DNA of 64,000 nt from an uncultured Actinomycetota bacterium. GTDB lineage: Bacteria; Actinomycetota; Actinomycetes; Actinomycetales; JAHECE01. The DNA lies in contig CAWACR010000010.1 of NCBI GenBank assembly GCA_963780675.1, forward strand, positions 11,814-75,813, in the 5' to 3' direction. The translations under genes were made by a program, and so were the position numbers. Of this stretch, positions 1-16,371 are shown in pieces. The notes beneath the pieces are model-generated. The model saw nothing but the letters and a program-made list of their open reading frames with translations. It did not search any database and was not told the DNA's origin. Within the stretch, counting starts at the first letter, position 1. Each line of letters begins with the position of its first letter.

Positions 1-1713
<1,713 letters not shown>

Positions 1714-1717
<4 letters not shown>

Positions 1718-2669
1718 TCGTCACTCCACTCGGCCGTGACCTCGGGCAGCACCATCGTGCCGACGCCCTGGGAGGTGAAGATCTCCAGCAGCATCGCGTG
1801 CGGCACCCGGCCGTCGATGATGTGCGCCTGGGGCACGCCGCCCTGGACGGCGCGCAGGCAGGCCTCCATCTTCGGGACCATCCCGGACTCGAGGCGCGGG
1901 CAGCATCTCCGCGAGCTCGAGCGACGCCGATCCGCCGGACGAGCGAGGACCTGTCCGGCCAGTTCGGCGTACAGGCCCTCGACGTCGGTGAGCATGATGA
2001 GCTTGCGGGCGCCGAGCGCCACCGCGAGGGCCGCGGCGGCGGTGTCGGCGTTGACGTTGAGCACCTGGCCGTGGGGTCGTCGATGTCCGGGGCCACGGTG
2101 GAGACCACGGGGATCCGGCCGGCCGCGAGGATGTCCTCGATCGCCGCCGGGTTGACCTCGACGACGTCGCCGACGAGGCCGACGTCGACCGCCTCGCCGT
2201 CGACCATCGCGGGCCGGCGCGCCGCGCGGAGCAGGCCGCCGTCCTCGCCGGAGAGGCCGACGGCGTGCGGGCCGTGCGCGTTGATGAGGCCGACGAGCTC
2301 GCGCGAGACCTGGCCGGTGAGCACCATCCGGACCACGTCCATGGCCTCGGGCGTGGTGACCCGGAACCCGCCCTTGAACTCGATCTCGATCCCGAGCCGC
2401 TTCGAGCATGGCAGCTGATCTGCGGGCCGCCGCCGTGCACGACGACGGGGTGCAGGCCGACCTGCCGCAGGAACACGACGTCCTCGGCGAAGGCGCGCTT
2501 GAGCGTCGTCGTCGACCATCGCGTTGCCGCCGTACTTGATGACGACGATGGCGCCCGCGAAGCGCTCGATCCAGGGCAGCGCCTCGATGAGGACGCTCCA
2601 CCTTCTGGTGCGGGAAGAGGTCCGTTCGGTGTTGAAGACGAAGTCGTCGGGGACGGATGGCTGGCTCAT
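1714..2669 (-). pseudogene. argB: acetylglutamate kinase, multiply frameshifted as read
   Basis: Start is MSQPSV... at 2669. Segments include [137 protein letters not shown] and [38 protein letters not shown]. They lie in different frames. Confidence 0.85.
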
Positions 2670-2700
2670 GCCGGGGCCTCGCTCGCTGTGCCGGACGCGC

Positions 2701-4936
<2,236 letters not shown>

Positions 4937-4943
4937 GCGCATA

Positions 4944-4949
4944 ACCATA
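4944..4949 (-). promoter_or_regulatory. candidate -10 hexamer TATGGT for a leaderless argC transcript
   Basis: A TANNNT-type hexamer lies 7 nt upstream of the argC ATG (4936). It sits in an unusually AT-rich patch (4921-4955) that contains the 8-bp palindrome ATGCGCAT. No Shine-Dalgarno sequence is present. Confidence 0.35.
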
Positions 4950-5015
4950 CAGCGCGTGGCGGTTCCCTCGACGCGGGTCCGCGGTCGGCGGTTCCCCCGC
5001 CCGATCCCCCGGGTA

Positions 5016-5063
5016 GGTCGGTGGGTGGTCGGTGGGTGGGTCGGTGGGTGGGTGAGTCGGTCG
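5016..5063 (+). repeat. GT-rich tandem repeat (about 12-bp unit GTCGGTGGGTGG, roughly 3 copies plus a partial one) with a G-quadruplex-type G3 tract pattern
   Basis: The sequence reads ggtcggtgggtg gtcggtgggtgg gtcggtgggtgg gtgagtcggtcg. It contains GGG-T-GGG-TCGGT-GGG-T-GGG. It lies in the argC/qor divergent intergenic region. Confidence 0.8.
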
Positions 5064-5064
5064 T

Positions 5065-5070
5065 TAGGCT
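5065..5070 (+). promoter_or_regulatory. candidate -10 hexamer TAGGCT for a leaderless qor transcript
   Basis: A TANNNT hexamer is followed by a 6-nt spacer (ggagcg) and then the ATG at 5077. Confidence 0.35.
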
Positions 5071-5076
5071 GGAGCG

Positions 5077-6060
5077 ATGCGCGCAGTCGTGGCTACCCAG
5101 GCCGGTGGGCCCGAGGTCCTCGAGGTCGAGGCGGTCCCGGAGCCGTCACCCGGCCCGGACGACCTCCTCGTCGAGGTCGCCGCCGCCGGCGTCAACTTCA
5201 TCGACACCTACCGGCGCTCCGGGATGTACCCGATCGCCTTCCCACACGTCCCGGGCAGCGAGGGCGCGGGTCGGGTGCTCGCCGTCGGGGCCGACGTCGC
5301 GGGATTCGCCCCCGGGGACCTCGTCGCCTGGGAGAACGCGCCCGCCTCGTACGCCGAGCGCGTCGTCGTGCCCGCGCGGGTCGCCCTTCCCGTGCCCGAC
5401 GGCGTCGACCTGCGCACCGCAGCGGCCCTCCCCCTGCAGGGCATCACCGCGCACTACCTCGTCGCCTCGTCCTTCCCGGTGCAGGCCGGCCAGGACGTGC
5501 TGGTCCACGCGGCGGCAGGCGGCGTCGGCCTCCTCCTCGTCCAGCTCGCTGCGGCGCGCGGCGCCCGCGTCATCGGCACGGTCGGCACCGCGGAGAAGGA
5601 GGCCCTCGCGCGCGCGGCCGGGGCGCACGACGTCATCCGCTACACCGAGCTCGAGGACCTGACCGCCCAGCTACCCGCCGTCGTCCGGGACCTCACCGGC
5701 GGCGCCGGCGTCCATGTGGTGTACGACGGCGTCGGCCGGGACACCTTCGACGCCTCCCTGGCGAGCCTGCGGCGGCGCGGCATGCTCGTGCTGTTCGGGG
5801 CGGCGTCGGGTCGCGTCGCGCCGGTGGACCCGCAGCGCCTCAACGCCGCGGGGTCCGTCTACCTCACGCGCCCCAAGATCGGCGACTTCACCGTGGACCG
5901 CGAGGAGCTCACCTGGCGAGCCGGCGAGCTGTTCGGCGCGGTGTCCGCCGGCACGCTCGACGTGCGCATCGGCGCCGAGTTCCCGCTCGCCCAGGCCGCC
6001 GAGGCGCACCGCGCCCTCGAGGGCCGGCGCACCACGGGGAAGGTCCTGATCGTCCCCTGA
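5077..6060 (+). CDS. qor: NADPH:quinone oxidoreductase (zeta-crystallin / MDR family)
   Basis: Intact 327-aa ORF. It contains [52 protein letters not shown] and [22 protein letters not shown] (a Rossmann motif). The C-terminus is [12 protein letters not shown]. Confidence 0.8.
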   Translation: MRAVVATQAGGPEVLEVEAVPEPSPGPDDLLVEVAAAGVNFIDTYRRSGMYPIAFPHVPGSEGAGRVLAVGADVAGFAPGDLVAWENAPASYAERVVVPARVALPVPDGVDLRTAAALPLQGITAHYLVASSFPVQAGQDVLVHAAAGGVGLLLVQLAAARGARVIGTVGTAEKEALARAAGAHDVIRYTELEDLTAQLPAVVRDLTGGAGVHVVYDGVGRDTFDASLASLRRRGMLVLFGAASGRVAPVDPQRLNAAGSVYLTRPKIGDFTVDREELTWRAGELFGAVSAGTLDVRIGAEFPLAQAAEAHRALEGRRTTGKVLIVP

Positions 6061-6136
6061 GGGCCCGAACCCTCGGCCACCTCGAGCCGAGATGGCACCG
6101 ACCTCAGGCCGCCGGCAACTCAGGCAGTCCCCGAGC

Positions 6137-6631
6137 TCAGATCGCCCCGAGGGTGTCGGCGATCGTGACCGCCCAGGACCGGATGGCGTCCCAGTCGCGG
6201 AAGTCGCCCTCCTCCGCGCCGACCATCCGCACGATCGAGCGCTCCCGAAGGCTGAGCACGGACCGGTCGACGACCCCGGAGAACACCCGGTAGTCGAGCG
6301 GCTGGACGACGTCCAGGAGCGGGTGGATCCGCGCGCCCTCCTGCGTCGCCTTCGCGTCGGCGGCGCCCACCGGGCCGGAGGAGAACATCCAGACCGGCCG
6401 CGCCCGGAGCTCCGGCCCCAGCCGCGACACCAGGTTGCGCGCGGGCTCGAGCCACTGGCTCATGTAGATCGCCGAGCCGAGCACGACGGCGTCGACGTCG
6501 TCGAGGTTCGTCACCTCGGCGGGCGCGACCCGCTCGACGTCGTGCCCGCGCTCACGCAGCACCTCGGCGACGGCGTCGCCGATCCCACCCGTCGATCCGT
6601 GCCTCGAAGCCACGGCCACCAGTACCCGCAT
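6137..6631 (-). CDS. flavodoxin-domain protein (HemG-like family)
   Basis: MRVLVAVASRHGSTGGIGDAVAEVLRERGHDVE..., AVVLGSAIYMSQW and VWMFSSGPVG. The start was chosen at the internal ATG at 6631 of ORF 6137..6715. Confidence 0.7.
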   Translation of the reverse strand: MRVLVAVASRHGSTGGIGDAVAEVLRERGHDVERVAPAEVTNLDDVDAVVLGSAIYMSQWLEPARNLVSRLGPELRARPVWMFSSGPVGAADAKATQEGARIHPLLDVVQPLDYRVFSGVVDRSVLSLRERSIVRMVGAEEGDFRDWDAIRSWAVTIADTLGAI

Positions 6632-6689
6632 GCGGACCACCTTGGTGCCCAGCAGGCCCCGATCCGCGGGACGTTTGGGCCACCGGGCC

Positions 6690-10370
<3,681 letters not shown>

Positions 10371-10722
10371 GCCTGCCTTCCGGGGCGGGTGAGCCGGCGA
10401 GCGGCTGGGCGCGCACCGGCGGGGCGAGTGTAGAGGCGGTGCCCGCCCGCAGGATCGTCGGCCCGATGCGTGCGCGCGTCAGCGCGCGGGGGCCGCCCCG
10501 AGGGCGGGCCCGGTAAATCGGCGCCGGTGGTCTCGCACGGAGCCATGGTGGCACACGGAGGGGACGACGGCGCCCGGCGCCGGTGCGCCCACCCCTCCCG
10601 CCCTCTCGGCGGCCCGGGCGAGCCCTCGCCGGGCCCGCCCTGCCCTGGCCGAGGGGCGGGACGACGGTCCCGCCCCTCGGACACGCCGTCCCGTATCCCT
10701 GGAGGCCGCGACACACCGGCGC

Positions 10723-10728
10723 TACGGT
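10723..10728 (+). promoter_or_regulatory. candidate -10 hexamer TACGGT for a leaderless CBS-protein transcript
   Basis: A TANNNT hexamer lies 7 nt upstream of the ATG at 10736. No SD is present. Confidence 0.3.
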
Positions 10729-10735
10729 TCGCCCC

Positions 10736-11167
10736 ATGCGCATCTCCGACGTGATCCGCCGCAAGGGTGACGACGTCGTCACCATCCGCACCGATGCCAC
10801 GGTGGCTCAGCTGCTCGCGATCCTCGACGAGCACCGGATCGGCGCCGTCGTGGTCAGCGACGACGACGGCGCCACGGTCGCCGGGATCGTGAGCGAGCGG
10901 GACGTCGTCCGCCACCTCCACACCGACGGCGCCGACGTGGTCACGTTGCGCGTCGCGGCGATCATGTCGAGGGGCGTCCAGACGTGCGAACCCGGGGACG
11001 ACCTCGAGACCTTGGCGCGGCAGATGACCGAGCACCGCATCCGGCACGTCCCCGTGGTGGTCGACGGCCGCCTGCGCGCGATCGTCAGCATCGGTGACAT
11101 CGTGAAGCACCGGATCGACGAGCTCCAGATGGAGCGCGACCACCTCGTCGGGTACATCCAGCAGTAG
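10736..11167 (+). CDS. CBS-domain pair protein
   Basis: MRISDVIRRKGDDVVTIRTDATVAQLLAILDEHRIGAVVVSDDDG..IVSERDVVRHL and MTEHRIRHVPVVVDGRLRAIVSIGDIVKH. Two CBS repeats are recognisable. The start is an internal ATG of ORF 10583..11167. Confidence 0.8.
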   Translation: MRISDVIRRKGDDVVTIRTDATVAQLLAILDEHRIGAVVVSDDDGATVAGIVSERDVVRHLHTDGADVVTLRVAAIMSRGVQTCEPGDDLETLARQMTEHRIRHVPVVVDGRLRAIVSIGDIVKHRIDELQMERDHLVGYIQQ

Positions 11168-11267
11168 GGCGGCGCTCCGCGGGCCGCTCTCCGCCGGGCC
11201 GCTCCTCGCCGTCGGCCGCTCGGTCCCGGCGTCGCGGTCCAGGCGGCTCGGTCCCGGCGACTCGCGC

Positions 11268-11894
11268 TCAGCCCCGGGGCGTGAGGGCGGCGACGACCTC
11301 GTGCAGGGGCCCGCCGCCCCGGCCCTCGCCCAGGCGGGACCTCATGAGCAGGACCTCGTTCGCCCGCCACGCGGGTCCCGAGTACACCGAGAGCGCCCGG
11401 ATGACCGCCCCGAGGTCAGGGGCGCCGTCGTCGGGGCGCTGCCGGTCACGGGATCGTCGCTCACGCGAGGGGGCCCGGCCGCTCACCCGGGCGAGGGTGA
11501 GATGGGCCCGGTTGCGGGGGCGCGGCTCGGGCGGGAGGCCGACGTCGACGCCGGCGGCGAGGCCCGCGTCGATCAGGTCGGTGAGGGCGCGAGCGTCCTC
11601 CGCCGACTCCCCCGCTGCGCCCACCCAGAGGTTGCGTCCCGCGAAGCTGCCCGCGCCGCGCAGGCACAGCCGGGGCGCCCGGAGGAGGCCGACCCGCTCG
11701 GCGAGGGCCTCGGCGAGGCCCGGCCAGGCGCCGTCGGGCACCTCGCCGTAGAAGGCAAGCGTCAGGTGCCACTGCTCGGGGTCGGTCCACCTCAGGCCGG
11801 ATCGCACCGAGTCGGGACCCCGGACGGACTCGACGGCGCGGGCCAGGTGCGCGACGGCCTCGGGTGAGGGCTCGAGCGAGGCGAAGAGGCGCAT
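11268..11894 (-). CDS. thpR: RNA 2',3'-cyclic phosphodiesterase / 2'-5' RNA ligase family (2H phosphoesterase)
   Basis: Intact 208-aa ORF with the two H-x-T-x motifs of the family, HLTLAF and HLTLAR. Confidence 0.8.
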   Translation of the reverse strand: MRLFASLEPSPEAVAHLARAVESVRGPDSVRSGLRWTDPEQWHLTLAFYGEVPDGAWPGLAEALAERVGLLRAPRLCLRGAGSFAGRNLWVGAAGESAEDARALTDLIDAGLAAGVDVGLPPEPRPRNRAHLTLARVSGRAPSRERRSRDRQRPDDGAPDLGAVIRALSVYSGPAWRANEVLLMRSRLGEGRGGGPLHEVVAALTPRG

Positions 11895-11928
11895 CAGGCC
11901 CCCACCGTCGCGGCTGCGCGGGTACGGG

Positions 11929-12789
11929 TCATCGCTGGGCCCGGGCGGAGGCGTAGAGGCAGACGGCAGCCGCGGTCGCGAGGTTCAGCGACTCGGCGTG
12001 GCCGTGGATCGGGACGCGGACCGCCGCGTCGGCGAGGGTGCGCTCCTCCTCGCTCAGCCCGTGTGCCTCGTTGCCGAACAGCCACGCCGTCGGCGCCGAG
12101 AGGTCCGGGCGGGTGCCGCCGTCGTCCTCGCGTCCGCTTCGGGTGGTCACGCCGTCGAGGAGGTCGTCGAGGTCGTGCTCCCCCGCGCCGTCGGCCGCCA
12201 GGACCGAGAGGCCGCCCGCGCGGAGCGCGGCGAGCGCCTCGGCGAGCGGCACCCCCGTCACCACAGGCAGGTGGAACAGCGACCCGGCCGTGGCCCGGAC
12301 GACCTTGGGGTTGAGGACGTCCACGCTGGTGGTGGCGAGGACGACGGCGTCCGCGCCCGCGGCGTCCGCCGCCCGGATCACGGTGCCGGCGTTGCCGGGG
12401 TCGCGGACCGCGGCGAGCACCGCGACCAGTCGCGGGGATCGCGCGACGACGGCGTCCAGGTCGGTGCGCTCGACCCGCACGACGGCGAGCACGCCCTGGG
12501 CGTCCGGGCTCATCACCTCCAGGACCTCGGGCGTCGCGAGGTGCACGCGCGCGCCGGCCGCGCGGGCGCCGTCGTCCATCTCGGGGTAACGCTCGGCGGC
12601 CGCCGGGGTCAGGTAGACGTCGCGGACGCGCCCGGTGGCCCAGCGGACCGCCTCACGCACGCCCTGCGGCCCCTCGACGAGGAACAGCCCGTGCCGCAGA
12701 CGCGCCGAACGCCCGGCCAGCGCCCGCACCGACCGCACCCGCTCGCTGCGGGGATTGGTCAGCTCGGGGCCGTCCGGGCGTTCGGTCAC
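11929..12789 (-). CDS. TrmH/SpoU-family RNA 2'-O-methyltransferase (TsnR-like)
   Basis: Contains LFLVEGPQGVREAV, AVRDPGNAGTVIRAADAAGADAVVL, FGNEAHGLSEEE and VRVPIHGHAESLNLATAAAVCLY. It sits directly downstream of rplT, as in mycobacteria. The GTG start at 12789 is inferred. Confidence 0.8.
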   Translation of the reverse strand: MTERPDGPELTNPRSERVRSVRALAGRSARLRHGLFLVEGPQGVREAVRWATGRVRDVYLTPAAAERYPEMDDGARAAGARVHLATPEVLEVMSPDAQGVLAVVRVERTDLDAVVARSPRLVAVLAAVRDPGNAGTVIRAADAAGADAVVLATTSVDVLNPKVVRATAGSLFHLPVVTGVPLAEALAALRAGGLSVLAADGAGEHDLDDLLDGVTTRSGREDDGGTRPDLSAPTAWLFGNEAHGLSEEERTLADAAVRVPIHGHAESLNLATAAAVCLYASARAQR

Positions 12790-12818
12790 GTGGTGCCCTG
12801 CGGGTCGGCGCGTGGAGG

Positions 12819-13199
12819 TCAGGCCGCGGGGGCGTTGACGTCCGCGGGCAGGTTCTCCTTCGCGATGCCGACGAGCGCGGTGAACGCGGCGGGCTCGTTG
12901 ACCGCGAGCTCGGCGAGCATGCGGCGGTCGACCTCGACACCCGCGGCCTTGAGGCCCTGGATGAAGCGGTTGTAGGTCATGCCGTTCTCGCGCACCGCAG
13001 CGTTGATGCGCTGGATCCACAGCCGGCGGAAGTCACCCTTGCGGGCGCGCCGGTCGCGGTAGGCGTAGGTCATCGAGTGGGTGACCTGCTCCTTCGCCTT
13101 GCGGTAGAGGCGCGAGCGCTGGCCGCGGTAACCGCTGGCGCGCTCGAGGGTGGTGCGGCGCTTCTTCTGGGCGTTGACCGCCCGCTTGACGCGTGCCAC
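12819..13199 (-). CDS. rplT: 50S ribosomal protein L20
   Basis: [68 protein letters not shown]... Confidence 0.97.
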   Translation of the reverse strand: MARVKRAVNAQKKRRTTLERASGYRGQRSRLYRKAKEQVTHSMTYAYRDRRARKGDFRRLWIQRINAAVRENGMTYNRFIQGLKAAGVEVDRRMLAELAVNEPAAFTALVGIAKENLPADVNAPAA

Positions 13200-13226
13200 G
13201 TCGTACTCCTTGGGGTGTTGGGCGGC

Positions 13227-13421
13227 TTACTTGCCGAGCAGCTTCTTGACCTTCTTGACGTCGGCGGGGGACACGACCTCGTCCATCGCCAGCCGACGGG
13301 TGCGCTTGCTCGGCTTGACCTCGAAGAGGTGCCGGCGGTTCGCCTGCTCGCGCATCACCTTGCCGCTCCCGGTGACCCGGAAGCGCTTCTTGGCACCGGA
13401 GTGCGTCTTGTTCTTCGGCAT
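13227..13421 (-). CDS. rpmI: 50S ribosomal protein L35
   Basis: [44 protein letters not shown]... The start is the fifth codon of ORF 13227..13433. Confidence 0.95.
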   Translation of the reverse strand: MPKNKTHSGAKKRFRVTGSGKVMREQANRRHLFEVKPSKRTRRLAMDEVVSPADVKKVKKLLGK

Positions 13422-13475
13422 CGTCATCCTCACTTGGCCTCACCGCGCCCGGGTGGGTGCGGATCGGTGCTAATC

Positions 13476-13501
13476 GGCGCGGGGCAGTGCGGCCCCGCGC
13501 C
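13476..13501 (-). terminator. GC-rich hairpin between infC and rpmI (10-bp perfect stem, 6-nt loop); an attenuator or terminator-like structure with no U tract
   Basis: ggcgcggggc-agtgcg-gccccgcgcc, 12 nt downstream of the infC stop. Confidence 0.3.
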
Positions 13502-13512
13502 GGGGTTTCGGG

Positions 13513-14556
13513 TCAGCCGGCCTCGGGGGGAGACGGCTTGCGGGGGGGTGTCGCCCGTGGCGCCGGCGCCGGGGACGGGGTGCCGGTGGGGCGCGGCGTC
13601 GTCGGCCTCGGGGTGGCCGGCCTCGGCGCTCCTTCGGTCGGACGCGGAGCCGGCGGGCGAGGCGCCGGTGCGGCCGGCCGCGCGGCCGGCTGGGCCGGGC
13701 GAGGGGCCGGGGTGCCGGGCCTCGGCGTGGACGCCGGAGCCGAGCGGGGGGCGGCCGGCTGGGCGGGCCGCGTCGGTGCCTGGGCCGGGCGAGGCGCCGG
13801 CGCCGAGGGCGACGACGACGGCGCGGCGGCCGGTGTGGCGGGCCGCGGAGCGGCGGCAGGAACCTGGGCCGGAGCGGGCGCCGACTCCTGGGCAGCCGGT
13901 GCGGGCGCCGGGGCGACCTCGGCAGCGGGCGCGTTGGCCTCGGCGGCGAGCGCGGCGGCCGGGACCGAAGCCGCGGCGACGTCGAACTCGACCTCCGTCG
14001 GCGACGTGTCGCGCGGGCGACGACGGGGCTCGGGGCGCACCTCGGACTTCTTCTTCGTCGGCGCGAGAACCATGATCATGTTGCGGCCGTCGAGTCGGGG
14101 CGAGCTCTCGACGATGCCGAGCTCGGCGACGTCGTCGGCGAGGCGCATGAGGAGCCGCATGCCGGCCTCGGGACGCGACTGCTCGCGACCACGGAACATG
14201 ATCATGATTTTGACCTTGTCCCCGGCCGTGAGGAATCGCTCGACGTGGCCCTTCTTGGTGCCGTAGTCGTGCGGGTCGATCTTGAGGCGGAAGCGGATCT
14301 CCTTGAGCACCGTGTTCGCCTGGTTGCGCCGGGCGTCGCGCGCCTTCATGGCCGACTCGTACTTGAACTTGCCGTAGTCCATGAGCTTGCACACGGGCGG
14401 GCGGGCGTCGGGGGCCACCTCGACGAGGTCGAGGTCCGCCTCCTGCGCCAGCCGAAGGGCGTCCTCGACCCGCACGATGCCGACCTGCTCGCCGTTCGGG
14501 CCGACCAGTCGCACCTCAGGCACGCGGATCCGGTCGTTGATGCGGGGCTCGCTGAT
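13513..14556 (-). CDS. infC: translation initiation factor IF-3 with a non-canonical ATC start and a long Pro/Ala-rich C-terminal tail
   Basis: [67 protein letters not shown]... GAGGAG lies 6 nt upstream of the ATC at 14556-14554. The tail of about 165 aa is rich in P, A, T, R and Q. Confidence 0.9.
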   Translation of the reverse strand: MSEPRINDRIRVPEVRLVGPNGEQVGIVRVEDALRLAQEADLDLVEVAPDARPPVCKLMDYGKFKYESAMKARDARRNQANTVLKEIRFRLKIDPHDYGTKKGHVERFLTAGDKVKIMIMFRGREQSRPEAGMRLLMRLADDVAELGIVESSPRLDGRNMIMVLAPTKKKSEVRPEPRRRPRDTSPTEVEFDVAAASVPAAALAAEANAPAAEVAPAPAPAAQESAPAPAQVPAAAPRPATPAAAPSSSPSAPAPRPAQAPTRPAQPAAPRSAPASTPRPGTPAPRPAQPAARPAAPAPRPPAPRPTEGAPRPATPRPTTPRPTGTPSPAPAPRATPPRKPSPPEAG

Positions 14557-14936
14557 GTGCTGCTCCTCACGCGTTCGTGGTGGTCGACCGCCACACACGG
14601 GAAAGGCCCCCGGGCGCGGGTGCACGCGGGGGCCTCGAACGGTCGACGCGGGCGCGCACCGTCAGGCGCGCGAACGCGTGCGATCGCGCCATCCGGGGAT
14701 GACGCGGCTCGCAGACCGGAACCCAGCCTCTGGACGAGACTCAGGTGGGAGGAACTCCGCTTGCGCACTGGGCACAAGGCCCAGTCGGTCGATTGCACAG
14801 ATTAGCACGGCGAGCCGCAGGGGCGCCGTGCGCGGGGCGCGTTCGGTCGCCCCGCGCCCGCTTCGTCCCCCGGCCCAGGGTGAGGGTGAGGTCGAGGTCG
14901 GGGGCGAGGTCGGGGTCGAGGTCGGGGTCCAGCGGA

Positions 14937-14999
14937 TCGCGAACATCCGGTTGGTTCGCGAACATCCGGTTGGTTCGCGAACATCGGGAGTTCGCGACC
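14937..14999. repeat. 19-bp tandem repeat TCGCGAACATCCGGTTGGT (2 perfect copies plus 2 degenerate ones); each junction forms the palindrome (G)TTCGCGAA(C)
   Basis: Perfect copies lie at 14937-14955 and 14956-14974. Degenerate copies start at 14975 and 14992. An inverted copy of GCGAACATC (gatgttcgc) lies at 15006-15014. The repeat sits between the protease stop and the infC upstream region. Confidence 0.9.
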
Positions 15000-15063
15000 T
15001 GCCTCGATGTTCGCCGTCTGCCCGGGTGTTCGTGATGTCTGGCCGAGAGCGCGCGTCCGGGGA

Positions 15064-16181
15064 TCACGGTCCGGACGAACCGGTCCGCCGGTCCGGCAGA
15101 TGCGTCAGGGAAGCGGTCACCACAAGGTTGCCGCCAGCCGTCAGCGCCGTGGTGTAGACCGCCTGGGTGTTGGCGTTGAAGATCGGGCCGTGGAGGTAGG
15201 TCTGGCCGCTGTAGCCGTAGGAGTTCACGGAGATCTGGGTGCCCTTGCCGCTTCCGGTCTGTGTCGTGTTGAACGGCGTGAACCACGGGCCGCCGGAGCA
15301 TCCGCCCGTCATGTCGGACGCGACGCGGTACGTCGCGTTGCCGTTCAGGGGGTCGAGCCCCAGCGCGCCGCGCGAGTACACGAGGTCCTTGCCGGCGTAC
15401 TTCCCAGCCGCCGGGTAGCCGAAGAGGAACGTGTCCGGACCGCCGGACACGGCCGTGAAGGAGACCGCCTGCGTCCCGACCGTCAGGTCGAGCTGCGCCA
15501 ACGTGTCTGGTCTTGCCGCCCGGCCCTACCACCGCGACGGCGAAGTCATGTCGGGTGGCCTGCGAGTTGAAGCTGCCGGCCGACCGGAATCCGCTGTCGA
15601 TCACGAGCGCCGACGCGGTCCAGCAACCGTAGAGCGTCTGGGCGCAGAAGGAGCCGCTCGTCGTGAGGTTCGCCGGCGAGGCGTCATAGTTCGGGACGAA
15701 CATCCAGTTGGACGCGAACCGGCCGCCTGCCGACCAGTCGTACGCGCAGTGCGCGGCTGTCAGCACCAGGGAGCGCGCGGCGTCGGTGTCCGGGATGACG
15801 GACGCCGAGCAGACGTAGTACGAGGTGCCGAACGCGAAGAGCACCTTGCCCGTGGTCTCCTGCACGGTGCCCTTGCCGGTGGCTCCGGTCCACGAGGCAC
15901 CGAGAACGCTCGTCGAGCCCGCCCCCGCCCCCGCCCCCGCCGGGCCGCTTGGCCGGGACGGGCGCCCGGACTTGACTGAACCGCCCCGTCGCCGGGTCGA
16001 ACTCGAAGTCCCGCGGCACCGCCTGGGCGACCCGCGCCGGGGTCCAGAAGTCGACGATCCGCTGGTGCTCGGACCGCGCCTCATCCCCCCGCTCGGACAC
16101 TGCCTGCGCCGGCGCCACGCCCGCGATGAGCAGCAGCATCCCTGTGAGCGCGACCAGCGCCCTCCTGATGGTCATCCGCAT
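15064..16181 (-). pseudogene. secreted trypsin-like (S1 family) serine peptidase, two frame changes as read
   Basis: Signal peptide MRMTIRRALVALTGMLLLIAGVAPAQA. Catalytic His context is LVLTAAHC and Ser context is TGGCSGGPW. The frame switches near 15915-15950, inside a (GCCCCC)n-type repeat, and near 15500-15512. Confidence 0.75.
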
Positions 16182-16285
16182 GGGACCTCCCCGGCACCGT
16201 GACTCCGCGGCCCGCCCGCGCGAACCTGATCACCACGGTACTCAGGATCAACACGGTACTCAGGCCGACAAGCCCCCACCTCCTC

Positions 16286-16349
16286 TCGCCGAACGCGGGG
16301 TTATGGGTCGAATGGGCGCCCATTCGACCCATAACCCCGCGTTCGGCGA
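16286..16349. repeat. 64-bp perfect palindrome (32+32 nt, no spacer)
   Basis: tcgccgaacgcggggttatgggtcgaatgggc | gcccattcgacccataaccccgcgttcggcga. It ends 23 nt upstream of the GerW-like ATG and starts 105 nt upstream of the divergent protease start. Confidence 0.97.
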
Positions 16350-16371
16350 AGGGGGGTGCGAGGCTGGATCC

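Noticed and set aside
13513-14040. The Pro/Ala-rich region downstream of the IF-3 core as a separate gene or as non-coding DNA.
   Set aside because: It is in frame with infC with no intervening stop. It has no start or SD of its own and keeps coding-type third-position GC. It is best read as a C-terminal tail.
14937-14999. LexA/SOS boxes, because of repeated CGAAC and GTTCG half-sites.
   Set aside because: The half-site spacing is 0 or 9 nt and the orientation is inverted relative to the TCGAAC-N4-GTTCGA consensus. Only the sites at 30943 and 61382 fit.
14878-15014. CRISPR-like array or minisatellite gene.
   Set aside because: The repeats are directly adjacent, with no unique spacers. The unit is only 19 bp, there are few copies and no cas genes. 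The Pro/Asp/Leu 'peptide repeat' read on the minus strand lies outside any supported ORF.
16286-16349. Possible tRNA fragment or tRNA-derived element, because of GGGTCGAATGGG, which is T-loop-like.
   Set aside because: It does not match the GTTCRANYC T-loop consensus. There is no acceptor or anticodon arm structure. The sequence is a perfect palindrome instead.
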